A stretch of DNA of 20,231 nucleotides, taken from Candidatus Coprovivens sp. GTDB taxonomy: Bacteria > Bacillota_I > Bacilli_A > RF39 > UBA660. The translations under genes were made by a program, and so were the position numbers. Shown here piece after piece: positions 1-9,496 of this stretch (positions are counted from its first letter, which is position 1; the number at the start of each line of letters is the position of its first letter). The stretch lies in contig JBJFGS010000013.1 of the NCBI GenBank assembly GCA_051892935.1, forward strand, positions 1 to 20,231, written 5' to 3'. The notes below the pieces were generated by a model that searched no databases, was not told the DNA's origin, and worked only from the letters and a program-made list of their open reading frames with translations.

Positions 1-105
1 ATAATCATTATTAAAACAAGGATATAAATCTCTACCAGCATCTTCTTTTCTCTTTGTTGGAATCTTAGCTCCTTCTCTAATTTTTGCAAACAATAATTTT
101 TCCAT
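1..105 (-). CDS. dut: dUTPase, N-terminal part (runs off window)
   Basis: Not in ORF track. Manual translation MEKLLFAKIREGAKIPTKRKEDAGRDLYPCFNNDY matches the trimeric dUTPase N-terminus and motif I (AGxDL); RBS AAAAGGAGAG upstream. Confidence 0.75.
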   Translation of the reverse strand, partial: MEKLLFAKIREGAKIPTKRKEDAGRDLYPCFNNDY

Positions 106-123
106 GAATATTCTCTCCTTTTA

Positions 124-158
124 AAATAAAAATAAAAGAGACTGAAATATCAATCCCT
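124..158 (-). terminator. Intrinsic terminator-like hairpin directly after promoter motif copy 1
   Basis: Minus strand GGGATTGA-TATT-TCAGTCTC followed by TTTTATTTTTATTTT, then the dut RBS. Confidence 0.6.
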
Positions 159-185
159 TCATAACATAACTTGTTATTTTCGCGT
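158..185 (-). promoter_or_regulatory. Conserved 28-bp promoter-like motif, copy 1
   Basis: Minus strand ACGCGAAAATAACAAGTTATGTTATGAA; identical to 628-655. Confidence 0.75.
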
Positions 186-188
186 ATT

Positions 189-219
189 GAAAACGCAAGA
201 GGCTTTGGAGCCCCTGCGT
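189..219 (-). terminator. Intrinsic terminator after ORF 269-604
   Basis: Minus strand ACGCAGGGGCT-CCAA-AGCCTCTTGCGT followed by TTTC. Confidence 0.6.
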
Positions 220-268
220 AATCAACAATAAATATCAATAAGACTTTATTTTCCGTTTATTTAATATA

Positions 269-604
269 TTAATTTGGCATAGGTATATAACCAGAAATAA
301 TTAATCCTCCGCCGATACTGACTATTATTAACCCACAAATTATTCTATTTTTTGGTTTTGAAAATATATGCTTGCATTCTTTGCAGATTTCTTTAAAATC
401 TCCTCTAGTATTATCGTAAAAGTGTTTCACGCCTCCTTTTACAACATACAAACATTCTTTTTTTAATTCTAGTTTTTCTTTTTCAATATCTAATTGCTTA
501 GTCTTGTAATCTATATAAATATCTTCTCCCAAATTAATAATACCTCCTAAAATATTTAATATAATAATTTTAATTTTAATAAACCATTGTTTTAAAGCCT
601 TCAT
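269..604 (-). CDS. Hypothetical membrane protein (111 aa)
   Basis: ORF with RBS GAAAGGAG; hydrophobic N- and C-terminal segments; bracketed by two identical 28-bp motifs. Confidence 0.7.
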   Translation of the reverse strand: MKALKQWFIKIKIIILNILGGIINLGEDIYIDYKTKQLDIEKEKLELKKECLYVVKGGVKHFYDNTRGDFKEICKECKHIFSKPKNRIICGLIIVSIGGGLIISGYIPMPN

Positions 605-627
605 GATATAACTCCTTTCTTGTTGAT

Positions 628-655
628 TTCATAACATAACTTGTTATTTTCGCGT
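628..655 (-). promoter_or_regulatory. 28-bp promoter-like motif, copy 2 (overlaps helicase stop codon)
   Basis: Minus strand ACGCGAAAATAACAAGTTATGTTATGAA. Confidence 0.75.
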
Positions 656-1873
656 CTGTACCCATTTTGTTTCATTGAATTTCTTTTTATCATTTAGTGC
701 TCTACTTATAGCCAAATCGATACCTGATCTAGTTTTTAAATGATAGTAATACAAATCTGTATAAGGCGTATTCAATCTATCTATTCGTCCGGCTGCTTGT
801 TGCATAACTTTATATGAATAATTTTGTGAATAGAATATAATTGTGTCAGTTTTAATACAATTCCACCCAGCGTTACCAGCTGTATACTGAACTAAATACA
901 CCCAGCTTTTGGTTTCTGGTATTGGCTGATGTTTATGACCATTCCATTCAGCTATTTTCACGTTTTTTCCATAATACAATCCTTTTAGTAATTCAAGTTC
1001 ATAATCGAAATTGTAAAATATAATAACTCTAGGATGTTTTTCAAATATCTCTAAAACAGCTTTAAGTCTAGATTCATCAGAATTAACTATTTTACGTAAT
1101 GCATAACATAAACCACTAGCATTAGTTATCGGTTCATTCTTCCAAATATCCCATCTGTTTTTCATAATATCTTTATAGTTAGAAATATTATATTTTACAT
1201 AAATATCTTCGTGATGCGATATAGTTTTTCTATTAAAATCCATATCTATTAATATACTTCTTCTTAATCTTAATAGTTTTCCAGTATTCAAATATCTTTC
1301 CACCATGGGAAATTTTGAGAATCTAGAATATACAACATGTTCTCGAGTGAATTCAGTTCTATTTTTATAGAATCCATTTGCAATAAATACCGGAATATAA
1401 TCGGTCCAACAATCTCCAGGAGTAGCTGATAATAATATCCATTTATTAACTTTAGTTATTTTTAGAAATGCTTTTACCCAAGCTCCACTTCCACAAACTC
1501 TTTGCTCATCAAATATAAAGAAAGAATCTTTAACTTCACTATATTTTTTAATATTATTCCAAGAATCTACAACTACTTTATTACAATATAAATTCACATC
1601 TGAATGTGTGGATAATAAAAAATGAGATAATTCTCCTTCCCATTCTAATGTGTCACGCTTTTGTGCTGTTGTTATAATATACAAATCTTTTGGCGGATCT
1701 TCCATTGGTATATACTTTCCACCTGTTAGACTACTAATATCTCCTCCTTCTTCTAAGTAATAGTAAGCAAGAGAAGTTATTGATTTACCACTGCCAACAC
1801 CGCCAACTAATATACATCCATTTTTCATATTAGTTAATGCTTCAAGTTGGTGTTTGTAGAGATTAATAGGCAT
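644..1873 (-). CDS. SF2 (DEAD/SNF2-like) DNA helicase
   Basis: Q-motif LYKHQ, Walker A GGVGSGKS, Walker B FIFDEQ, motif III LSATP, motif VI QAAGRIDR. Confidence 0.9.
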   Translation of the reverse strand: MPINLYKHQLEALTNMKNGCILVGGVGSGKSITSLAYYYLEEGGDISSLTGGKYIPMEDPPKDLYIITTAQKRDTLEWEGELSHFLLSTHSDVNLYCNKVVVDSWNNIKKYSEVKDSFFIFDEQRVCGSGAWVKAFLKITKVNKWILLSATPGDCWTDYIPVFIANGFYKNRTEFTREHVVYSRFSKFPMVERYLNTGKLLRLRRSILIDMDFNRKTISHHEDIYVKYNISNYKDIMKNRWDIWKNEPITNASGLCYALRKIVNSDESRLKAVLEIFEKHPRVIIFYNFDYELELLKGLYYGKNVKIAEWNGHKHQPIPETKSWVYLVQYTAGNAGWNCIKTDTIIFYSQNYSYKVMQQAAGRIDRLNTPYTDLYYYHLKTRSGIDLAISRALNDKKKFNETKWVQTRK

Positions 1874-2394
1874 TGTATAACCACCTCTAAATTTTTAGAT
1901 TTTAAATATTCGTTTAACTCCATATAATGATATCCTTTATGAGTTCTTCTCCTTCTTTTTAAACATGCCGAAATATTAGAAGAATTTCCATTAATATATC
2001 TAGCACATTCTGATATGCTTCTAAAAATTTCTCCGGTTTCTAATATTACAACCATCTTTCTTTTCCTATCTGGTTTTACCAAACCTAAAATATAAGCATG
2101 TTTCATGTTTTCTTTTCTAGTGCACCATTCTAAATTGTCAGCGAAGTTATTCTTTTTATTGCCGTCGATATGGTTTACTTCATTTCCTTCGCTTATTTTA
2201 TCCACGAATTCTTCTGCTACCAATCTATGAACTCTTTTTGTGTATCTCTTTTTATCTTTATATAAATAAACTGAATTATAACCGGTTCCATTATCAAATG
2301 GTTTTAATAATTTATAATTTTTTGCATTTATTACACGTCCTCTATTGCTAACTTTATAGTTAGGAAAATCATGAATAGTTCTCCATTCTTCCAT
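1834..2394 (-). CDS. NUMOD4-HNH homing endonuclease with C-terminal NUMOD1/IENR1-like HTH
   Basis: MEEWRTI...YKVSNRGRV (NUMOD4); VHRLVA...VNHIDGNKKNNFADNLEWCT (HNH); FRSISECARYI (NUMOD1-like). Confidence 0.9.
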   Translation of the reverse strand: MEEWRTIHDFPNYKVSNRGRVINAKNYKLLKPFDNGTGYNSVYLYKDKKRYTKRVHRLVAEEFVDKISEGNEVNHIDGNKKNNFADNLEWCTRKENMKHAYILGLVKPDRKRKMVVILETGEIFRSISECARYINGNSSNISACLKRRRRTHKGYHYMELNEYLKSKNLEVVIQCLLISTNTNLKH

Positions 2395-2412
2395 ATTTTA
2401 AACACCTCCATA

Positions 2413-2448
2413 AAATATAAAGGCCAACGCTTGTTAAACGTCAGCCTA
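2413..2448 (-). terminator. Terminator-like hairpin after SSB gene
   Basis: Minus strand AGGCTGACGTTT-AAC-AAGCGTTGGCCT followed by TTATATTT. Confidence 0.6.
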
Positions 2449-2455
2449 AATATAA

Positions 2456-2947
2456 TTAGAATGGCATATCTCCTTCATCTACAGGGGCTTCTTCTTCAGC
2501 ATATTTATAAGCAAATGCGTCTTCTTCGATAGTTACATACATAGTTTTTAAATATGCTTTTATGCCAGTCTTTCCGTTGACTTCCCAATTATAAGGTCTA
2601 ATTATCAAATCAACATTTTTAATTTCAGCATAGTCAAGTGTGTCTATTGATTCTTCATCTAATACTACTTTATTTTTTCTAGTTATCATATAAGCTTTTG
2701 GTGGGATATTAGCAAAGCTAACAGCAACTTGAATGTAATAAGTTGGTTCTTCGTATTCGTCACGAGGTCTAAGAACTCTTACATTCCATCCATCATCAAT
2801 AAGTTTTTGAGCATAATCATTATCGTCAATAACTACACAGAAGTTTCTATTGCCAGCTCTGTTATATCTAGATTCCTTTCCACTAAAGTTTCTGAACATA
2901 ATCCTTGCGTTTTCAATCATTAAATTATCTACTTTTTTATATGTCAT
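2456..2947 (-). CDS. Putative phage single-stranded DNA-binding protein
   Basis: Located between polymerase and helicase; beta-rich core; acidic tail ending DEGDMPF, typical of SSBs. Confidence 0.65.
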   Translation of the reverse strand: MTYKKVDNLMIENARIMFRNFSGKESRYNRAGNRNFCVVIDDNDYAQKLIDDGWNVRVLRPRDEYEEPTYYIQVAVSFANIPPKAYMITRKNKVVLDEESIDTLDYAEIKNVDLIIRPYNWEVNGKTGIKAYLKTMYVTIEEDAFAYKYAEEEAPVDEGDMPF

Positions 2948-2997
2948 ATATAAAATCTCCTTTAAATATAATTATTTTTGATTTAAATAAAATAAGA

Positions 2998-5900
2998 CTA
3001 AGAGACAAAAGCCTCAAAGTCCCCATATTGTTTTATAGTTTCTATAGCATTATCAACCATTGCTATATAATATGATTGGTCTATATCTTTAACTTTATCT
3101 AGAGTTTTTACCATTTCTGATTCAAGCCATCTATATCCTTTTGCTCCAGTGGCTGAAGAATATTTTAAGTTTCCTTCTTTATCTTTTCCTTCCCTAAGTA
3201 ACAATCCTCCTCCGAATCCGGGTTTTATAGGACAGAAACTTCCAACTTTACCTATAAAACGATAATTGTGTTCGTTTTCTGGTAAGTTTTCATTTAGGTC
3301 CAAATATAATGATGATGTTACTGATTTCGTTTCACACATATCTTCAAATAATATTTCTTCTTTACTAAATAGTTTCTTGAATACATATGGAATTTGGAAT
3401 TGAGTTCCAGTAGCAGTCCATTTCTCTGGTTTCTTTTCATTTTTTTCTGGAATATATCCATAAAGTTTTTCACAATATTCCTTTCCGGCATATTTTGCAA
3501 TATAAACGGCATCATTAACTAGACACATTCTATCGTAAGTAGCCTCATGTTCAAATGTGTATCCGTATTTTTTACCGAACTTCATAACAAAATCAATTAT
3601 CTCAGGTGTTGCATTTGGGATTTTTATAGAGTCTGTTTTAATATGTGCTACTGTAAATCCCCTTTTTTGAACTTCATGCTTTAAATCAATCATAAATAAA
3701 GCTCCACGTTTAGCAACTATATTATCTTTGTTACGATTATCTCTGAATGGATTTTCAAAACCAGCACTGGTTAAACCATATACTGAATTTATAGCTGTCT
3801 TTAAAGCATTAGCCAATTCTTTAGCCATACCTTCGTCATTTAAATATTTAGCTAACTTACCATCTAATATCTTCTTAGCTTTGTCGTATTCTTTATGCTT
3901 AATATAAATACGTGAATCTTTAATTTCTTTAAATCTAGAAGTAAATTTTGTACCGAATAGAACTTCATCAGTAACACTAGTTGGATGCATTGAAGCAACG
4001 TCCAATAAAGCTACATCACAATATATACCAGGTTCAGCATATACGTAGCCTCCTTCACCAACTTCTTCTCCTCTGTATGTTGATTTTCCAAATTCAAATT
4101 TATATCCTGGGAAATATGGTAATAGACTTCCAGCTTCTCCATGAGTTTGTGACATCATTTCGGGAGCAGCATCGTTTAAGAAATCGTATGTCTCCTCTGT
4201 TAAATTATAAACAGGTTCAGCTAAATTACGATAATTGAATTGATCTTGTGGCTTTCTATTCTTTCCGAATATAATTCTAGTTGTTAAAGAGTTTGTCGTA
4301 TCATTAACACTCATTCCTGCAACATCTGCTAGTATTTGTCTAGCTGTCCAGTCTGCTGATAAATGATTAAATACTGCTTCCGTAGCTATAACATCGTTAT
4401 CACAATATTCAGCAACCTTGGTCCAAAGCTCTTCTGGAACTGGTTCATCCCATGGAAGTCCTAATTCTTGGTGATGAATACCTAGTTCTATTTCAAATTT
4501 CTTTAAACTCTTTTTATTTCCAGCAGATGCAAAGTCATAAACGTCTGTATAAGATACGTTATATGCTTCTCCGAAGAATCCCCCTTCACCTTTGATAATC
4601 TTTTGTGATAATTTATAAAGTTGCTCATTTGTGTATCCCATCATCCTAGCGTATAGAATATGATTATCATATCTGCGACAGTTGAATCCAACTAATCTAA
4701 ATCTCATAATATCTTCTATTTCAGTTGGTGTTGGATTAATCATTCTAACTACTGGTTTTCCTTCACCCTCGAACTTCCAATTAACTAGAAATAAATTAGG
4801 AAACACTTCAACATCATAAAATACAAGTTTTTCATCATCATTATTTATAGCTATTGAATTATCTTCTGATTTAAATTGCATTTTATTTACAAGTTTGATA
4901 CAATAATCTGCTTGATTAGTACTACTTGCAGCAAATGCTAAAACTGCATTACGCATATCTGTAACATCATAATTCAAATCACTAGCATATGCGTCTTCTA
5001 ATATTTTATAAATAAAATCGACACTAGGCTTAGTAGCAGGATGTATTTCTTTGTTAAGGTTTCTTTTTATAATAGTTCTAAGCCCTTTTTCGCTTTTTAT
5101 AGCTTCAAAATTTACCATCTTTTTCTCTCCTTTCAGTGGTAATCCAGAACTAATATTAGCAATTGGAAGATTATTGCATTTAGATAATTTTCTTCTTAAT
5201 GAACTTTTACCAGTAAATACTTTAATTTCAATATGGTCGTCATAGATTCTACTAAGTTGATTTGGATCTCCTCCTGTGTAAATATAATGTAAATGTATCC
5301 CATTACCACTCTTACTCAATTCGGAATAAGTAGGAGGCCATTTACTAGCTTCTTTCAAATTCATCTCAAAGCATTTGTTGCCTTGTTCATCTGGAATATC
5401 AAAATCAATTACTATATGATTTTCTGGAACTTTGACATAATGAAGTTTAGAAGTGTCTAAGTCTGATAATCTAGTTTTAACATTATCCCATTTTTTAGAT
5501 GGCGTTTCTTTAGAACTAGCATATTGAGCTAGACAATTCGAACATTCTTTATCGAATATAGATTCATTATTATCAAATTGAATTAATTTTATATTATCTT
5601 CGTGCTCTTTTTTCTCATCATCAAAATCTTCGAATTTATCAGTACGAAAACCAGAATAATAACTTCTTACTCTAGTATCATCATCAAATTTGAAACGTTC
5701 TTTAAATTCCCAGAAATAGTTCTTAAGTTCTTCTTTAAAAGCTCTCTTAGGATATGGATATGCAACTTTAGATTCTTCACAATAAGTTTTATACATTTCC
5801 CATGCCGCCTTAAGAGTTACTCCATCTTCTTTTTTGAATACATAATAAGAATCGATAATAAAGTTATAGAAATCGTTAGATGCTCCCAACATCGCTACTG

Positions 5901-6927
5901 GAATATAATCATCATAAGCACCTGGATTGTCCAAATATATTTCTTGACAATAATAAGCTATATGTCCAAGTTCAAATTCTATTTGTTTCATAATTCGTTT
6001 GTATTCTTTAGGATTTAATTTGTTACCTGACGGAGATACATCAATTAATCTTCTTATAAGACCTGACTTACCATCAGTAATCTTTACCGGTTTATTAGTT
6101 CCCATAAATAAGAAAGCTTTGAATCTGTTAGAGTATGTTGTTTTAAACTTCTCATTAACAGTCATAAGTTCATGAGAAACCAAACTATTAAGTCTTGTGT
6201 TATCTTCAATTTTTGATAAATCTCCGTCATGTTGAATTGCAACTAGTGGGTTAGTTTTAAATGCTTCTAAAGCAAAAGAATTACTTGATGAGCCAAGAGC
6301 TTTAGCATCAAATACAGAATAATACCCTTCGAATAATTGTTGTATAATATTTAATATTGTAGATTTACCTGTCCCGGCAGCACCATATAATACCATGAAT
6401 TTTTGAATCTTTTTAGAATCACCAGAAACAATTGAACCTATAGCCCATTCTATTTTGTGTCTCTCTTCTTCTGTATATATTACAGACATTAATTCATCAT
6501 AAGCAGATATATCACCTTTTTCTAAAGGATATTTTAATCTTTTACTAGCATAGTCTTTTTTATTAGTTTTAGTATTAGAAAATATAAGATTTTCATCTAA
6601 CATATAGAATGAATCTCTCATCTGTTTCTGACAATATTTATGCCAACTATCTATCATTCCAGATTCAGCATCCCACATGTGTAAAACTTTAACGTTTGAA
6701 TCAAATCTCCCACAATTTTCTTTATAATAAATATCCAATTCTTTATCTATTAACTGTAAAGCATCTTGCTCATCTGTGGACCACAATCCACGCTCCTCAA
6801 TCCAAATGGCATAAAAGTCCCCACCTCTTATCATTAGGTCGGAACTTTTTTTAATTATAAATTTTGGATAGATTTCTATTGTTCCTTTATTACGAATACG
6901 TGTTGAAATCATTAGAAAATCAATCAT
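2998..6927 (-). CDS. Multidomain replicase: SF3 (D5-like) helicase + AEP primase-like domain + 3'-5' exonuclease + family B DNA polymerase
   Basis: Walker A YGAAGTGKS and SF3 motif C FMGTN; AEP-like VIDFD / SKSGNGIHLHY; Exo I FYDVE, Exo II GFNCRRYD, Exo III YCDND; PolB motifs LLDVASMHP, KTAINSVYG, HIKTDS. Confidence 0.85.
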   Translation of the reverse strand: MIDFLMISTRIRNKGTIEIYPKFIIKKSSDLMIRGGDFYAIWIEERGLWSTDEQDALQLIDKELDIYYKENCGRFDSNVKVLHMWDAESGMIDSWHKYCQKQMRDSFYMLDENLIFSNTKTNKKDYASKRLKYPLEKGDISAYDELMSVIYTEEERHKIEWAIGSIVSGDSKKIQKFMVLYGAAGTGKSTILNIIQQLFEGYYSVFDAKALGSSSNSFALEAFKTNPLVAIQHDGDLSKIEDNTRLNSLVSHELMTVNEKFKTTYSNRFKAFLFMGTNKPVKITDGKSGLIRRLIDVSPSGNKLNPKEYKRIMKQIEFELGHIAYYCQEIYLDNPGAYDDYIPVAMLGASNDFYNFIIDSYYVFKKEDGVTLKAAWEMYKTYCEESKVAYPYPKRAFKEELKNYFWEFKERFKFDDDTRVRSYYSGFRTDKFEDFDDEKKEHEDNIKLIQFDNNESIFDKECSNCLAQYASSKETPSKKWDNVKTRLSDLDTSKLHYVKVPENHIVIDFDIPDEQGNKCFEMNLKEASKWPPTYSELSKSGNGIHLHYIYTGGDPNQLSRIYDDHIEIKVFTGKSSLRRKLSKCNNLPIANISSGLPLKGEKKMVNFEAIKSEKGLRTIIKRNLNKEIHPATKPSVDFIYKILEDAYASDLNYDVTDMRNAVLAFAASSTNQADYCIKLVNKMQFKSEDNSIAINNDDEKLVFYDVEVFPNLFLVNWKFEGEGKPVVRMINPTPTEIEDIMRFRLVGFNCRRYDNHILYARMMGYTNEQLYKLSQKIIKGEGGFFGEAYNVSYTDVYDFASAGNKKSLKKFEIELGIHHQELGLPWDEPVPEELWTKVAEYCDNDVIATEAVFNHLSADWTARQILADVAGMSVNDTTNSLTTRIIFGKNRKPQDQFNYRNLAEPVYNLTEETYDFLNDAAPEMMSQTHGEAGSLLPYFPGYKFEFGKSTYRGEEVGEGGYVYAEPGIYCDVALLDVASMHPTSVTDEVLFGTKFTSRFKEIKDSRIYIKHKEYDKAKKILDGKLAKYLNDEGMAKELANALKTAINSVYGLTSAGFENPFRDNRNKDNIVAKRGALFMIDLKHEVQKRGFTVAHIKTDSIKIPNATPEIIDFVMKFGKKYGYTFEHEATYDRMCLVNDAVYIAKYAGKEYCEKLYGYIPEKNEKKPEKWTATGTQFQIPYVFKKLFSKEEILFEDMCETKSVTSSLYLDLNENLPENEHNYRFIGKVGSFCPIKPGFGGGLLLREGKDKEGNLKYSSATGAKGYRWLESEMVKTLDKVKDIDQSYYIAMVDNAIETIKQYGDFEAFVS

Positions 6928-6959
6928 TTCATTTTTGTTCTCCTTTCGTAATAAATTAT

Positions 6960-7502
6960 TTATAAAATATTATCTAAATACCAACACATTTGATACCAAA
7001 TTTCAATATCACACATATCCCTTTTTAAATTATCAACGATGAATAGGCCTCCTTCACCGTTTCTTTTATACTCTCTATAAAGAAATGTCGATACTATTTC
7101 GTCAACCTTGTCAATATTAAATCTAGTATCATTCATCGAATGTAGTCCTAAATTTCTAATCATAATCCAGAACCATTCAGAGGTTCTATTCCCTATATCA
7201 GGGTCTTCCATTATGTGTTCTTCGCATCTAATAGCTAAAGCTATCATCATTTCTAAAACACTACATGGTCTGTCTAAATACCTTGATATTTCATCAAAAT
7301 CTCTGTCATAATCTAATTCACAAGCGAATCTCCACCTCAAGTCAATACCATCAGCAGCTCTGTTAGAGTCATTTGGAATTATGACTACGAATTCTTTATT
7401 ATGAAGAAATGTTAAAAGTTTTCTGTATTTAGTATGCTTTTTATCTTTTGTAAAGTAGCAAAGCCAGTCAAAATATTCGTTAATTATTTTGTCACGTATC
7501 AT
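6960..7502 (-). CDS. Hypothetical phage protein (180 aa)
   Basis: Long ORF with RBS GAGGGGAG, co-oriented immediately upstream of the replicase. Confidence 0.8.
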   Translation of the reverse strand: MIRDKIINEYFDWLCYFTKDKKHTKYRKLLTFLHNKEFVVIIPNDSNRAADGIDLRWRFACELDYDRDFDEISRYLDRPCSVLEMMIALAIRCEEHIMEDPDIGNRTSEWFWIMIRNLGLHSMNDTRFNIDKVDEIVSTFLYREYKRNGEGGLFIVDNLKRDMCDIEIWYQMCWYLDNIL

Positions 7503-7523
7503 GTTTCTCCCCTCTTAATATTG

Positions 7524-8120
7524 TTAGTTATTATAATGTGGAGGTCTCCATACCACATCTGAATAATTTCTTAAATCTCTAAGAATTTCAAAATCGGCTC
7601 TCAATCTATCATTTCTAATGAATACTGAATCGTCTTCATATTCTCCAAAATGATCAGCAAAATCATCGCCTACAACATTAGTTATGTCTTCCACCAAATC
7701 GTCTGTATCATCTGCTAAGAATCCATCAGCATAATAAGTTAAACTGATTAATTCATATCCTTCACAAATTCCATACTCTTCAGGAGGTATAACATAAGGG
7801 TCTTCTCCTTTTATTATAGGTTCTGTTGTTTCTTGATTTGAATTTCTTTCATATTTTCTATCAAGGTCTTCTTCATTACTTAAAGTAGAATAAATGTTTG
7901 CTTTCTCAGAATATTCTTCATATTCGTCATTGTCGCTTTCTTCTTTTTCCGCTTCTTCGTCTTTATTTTCTTTGATTCTTCTTCCAAATACTTCTTTTAC
8001 AGAGTTAATCTCTTCTTGAGCTATTTTTTCAAATTTATCTTTAACTATTGTGTAAGTTATAAATGATCCGATTGCTGCACCAGCTGTAAATATAAATAAA
8101 TTCTTTAAACTATTACTCAT
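7524..8120 (-). CDS. Hypothetical protein, N-terminal membrane anchor and acidic body
   Basis: FIFTAGAAIGSFITY hydrophobic helix; RBS AAAGGAGA. Confidence 0.8.
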   Translation of the reverse strand: MSNSLKNLFIFTAGAAIGSFITYTIVKDKFEKIAQEEINSVKEVFGRRIKENKDEEAEKEESDNDEYEEYSEKANIYSTLSNEEDLDRKYERNSNQETTEPIIKGEDPYVIPPEEYGICEGYELISLTYYADGFLADDTDDLVEDITNVVGDDFADHFGEYEDDSVFIRNDRLRADFEILRDLRNYSDVVWRPPHYNN

Positions 8121-8143
8121 AGTTATCTCCTTTCTTTACGAAA

Positions 8144-8338
8144 TTATTTTTCAGTAAACTTACTATCGTAATATTTATTAGGAATGTATCCTTGTTTCTT
8201 TAAATAGCTTTCAACTTGACTTAGACTATGAAATACTTTTATCACTTCGTTTCTTTTAAATAATAATATATGGTATGATACATGTTCTAAATGCATGTGT
8301 TCTGCTTCTAAATATTCTCCAATTTGTTTCGCATTCAT
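8144..8338 (-). CDS. Hypothetical protein (64 aa)
   Basis: ORF with GAGAGGGG RBS, tightly packed in the operon. Confidence 0.6.
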   Translation of the reverse strand: MNAKQIGEYLEAEHMHLEHVSYHILLFKRNEVIKVFHSLSQVESYLKKQGYIPNKYYDSKFTEK

Positions 8339-8359
8339 AATCGTTAGCCCCTCTCTATA

Positions 8360-8965
8360 TCATTGTGACATCTTACAGGCACTATCAATACTGTCAACTA
8401 TAAGTTGAACTATAGTGTCCTCGTTTTCGAATAACATTTTTCTATCTTTCCAATTATTCACAAAACCTAATTCTAAAAGCACACTATCATGAATATAATA
8501 AGTGTAGTAAGGTGTTTCATAATTTCCTCTATTAACATAGCCAAGTTCTTCTAAATTTTTTAACATAGCATCTGCCATTATCTCAGCCATTTTTCCGTTA
8601 TAATATGCTTCAACTCCAGTTCCTGTATTTGGAGTTTCGCATGAATTACCATGAATACTAATATAATAATCGTAGTCTGTCCTATTAGCTAAAGCTACTC
8701 TATCATTGATACTAATAGGTGTATCATAATCTCTTGTTAATGTTACTGAATATCCCCTGTTCACTAATTCAATAGCAACTTTATCTGTTATTTTATTCAC
8801 CATTTCTCTTTCGTTCCAGTATAAATATGATGCTCCATTATCTTCTATAGTATCTAAATGTGCTAAGTCTAGTAATATCTTTGGTTTATCGTTGGCTTGT
8901 ACCATTTCTCCTAATTGTAACCCTGCTAATATAACTAAAGAACTAGCAATTACTTTCTTATTCAT
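8360..8965 (-). CDS. Secreted N-acetylmuramoyl-L-alanine amidase (Amidase_3 family)
   Basis: Signal peptide MNKKVIASSLVILAGL...VQA; catalytic pattern ILLDLAH, E (NERE), ISIHGN, VLLELGF; RVALAN motif. Confidence 0.85.
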   Translation of the reverse strand: MNKKVIASSLVILAGLQLGEMVQANDKPKILLDLAHLDTIEDNGASYLYWNEREMVNKITDKVAIELVNRGYSVTLTRDYDTPISINDRVALANRTDYDYYISIHGNSCETPNTGTGVEAYYNGKMAEIMADAMLKNLEELGYVNRGNYETPYYTYYIHDSVLLELGFVNNWKDRKMLFENEDTIVQLIVDSIDSACKMSQ

Positions 8966-8984
8966 ACTTAGATACCTCCTTAAA

Positions 8985-9146
8985 CTAATGTTTAAATTCT
9001 TCTTTTTCTATAGTTGAGAACTCATAGTATAAACATGCTCCTATAACAGCTATCAATAAAGATATATGTTTACCTACCATATAATCTTTATCAGTGTTAA
9101 AAAGTTTTTTCATTAATATCATAAAATTATCATATTTTTCTAACAT
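8985..9146 (-). CDS. Small membrane protein (53 aa)
   Basis: Not in track. MLEKYDNFMILMKKLFNTDKDYMVGKHISLLIAVIGACLYYEFSTIEKEEFKH; RBS GGAGGT; fills the gap between neighbours. Confidence 0.6.
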   Translation of the reverse strand: MLEKYDNFMILMKKLFNTDKDYMVGKHISLLIAVIGACLYYEFSTIEKEEFKH

Positions 9147-9475
9147 TGTAGAATACCTCCATTTATAAGATTATCTCTTCTTTCTGCTTCTAGACATCCT
9201 ACATATGTGATAACACCAATCATAGTAAGCATTCCAACTAATGTTTTTGCAATTCTTATCATTGTCATTTTTCTCATATGAGGTTTCATTTGCTTAACGA
9301 CCTCCTTTTTAATTTGTTCGTATTTAACTCTTTGCTCTTCTGTTAGTTCAGTTTTTTCATTTAAAATAGTCTCTTCTTGTTTTTCTTCTTTATTTTCTGA
9401 TATTTTCTTTCCAATAAAATATCCAACAGCCGCAGCTGCTCCTACTAATAAAACCCCTTTTAATAAACCCTTCAT
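9140..9475 (-). CDS. Hypothetical membrane protein (111 aa)
   Basis: Two hydrophobic helices; RBS GAAAGGAGA. Confidence 0.75.
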   Translation of the reverse strand: MKGLLKGVLLVGAAAAVGYFIGKKISENKEEKQEETILNEKTELTEEQRVKYEQIKKEVVKQMKPHMRKMTMIRIAKTLVGMLTMIGVITYVGCLEAERRDNLINGGILQC

Positions 9476-9496
9476 AGTAAATCTCCTTTCAAAGTA

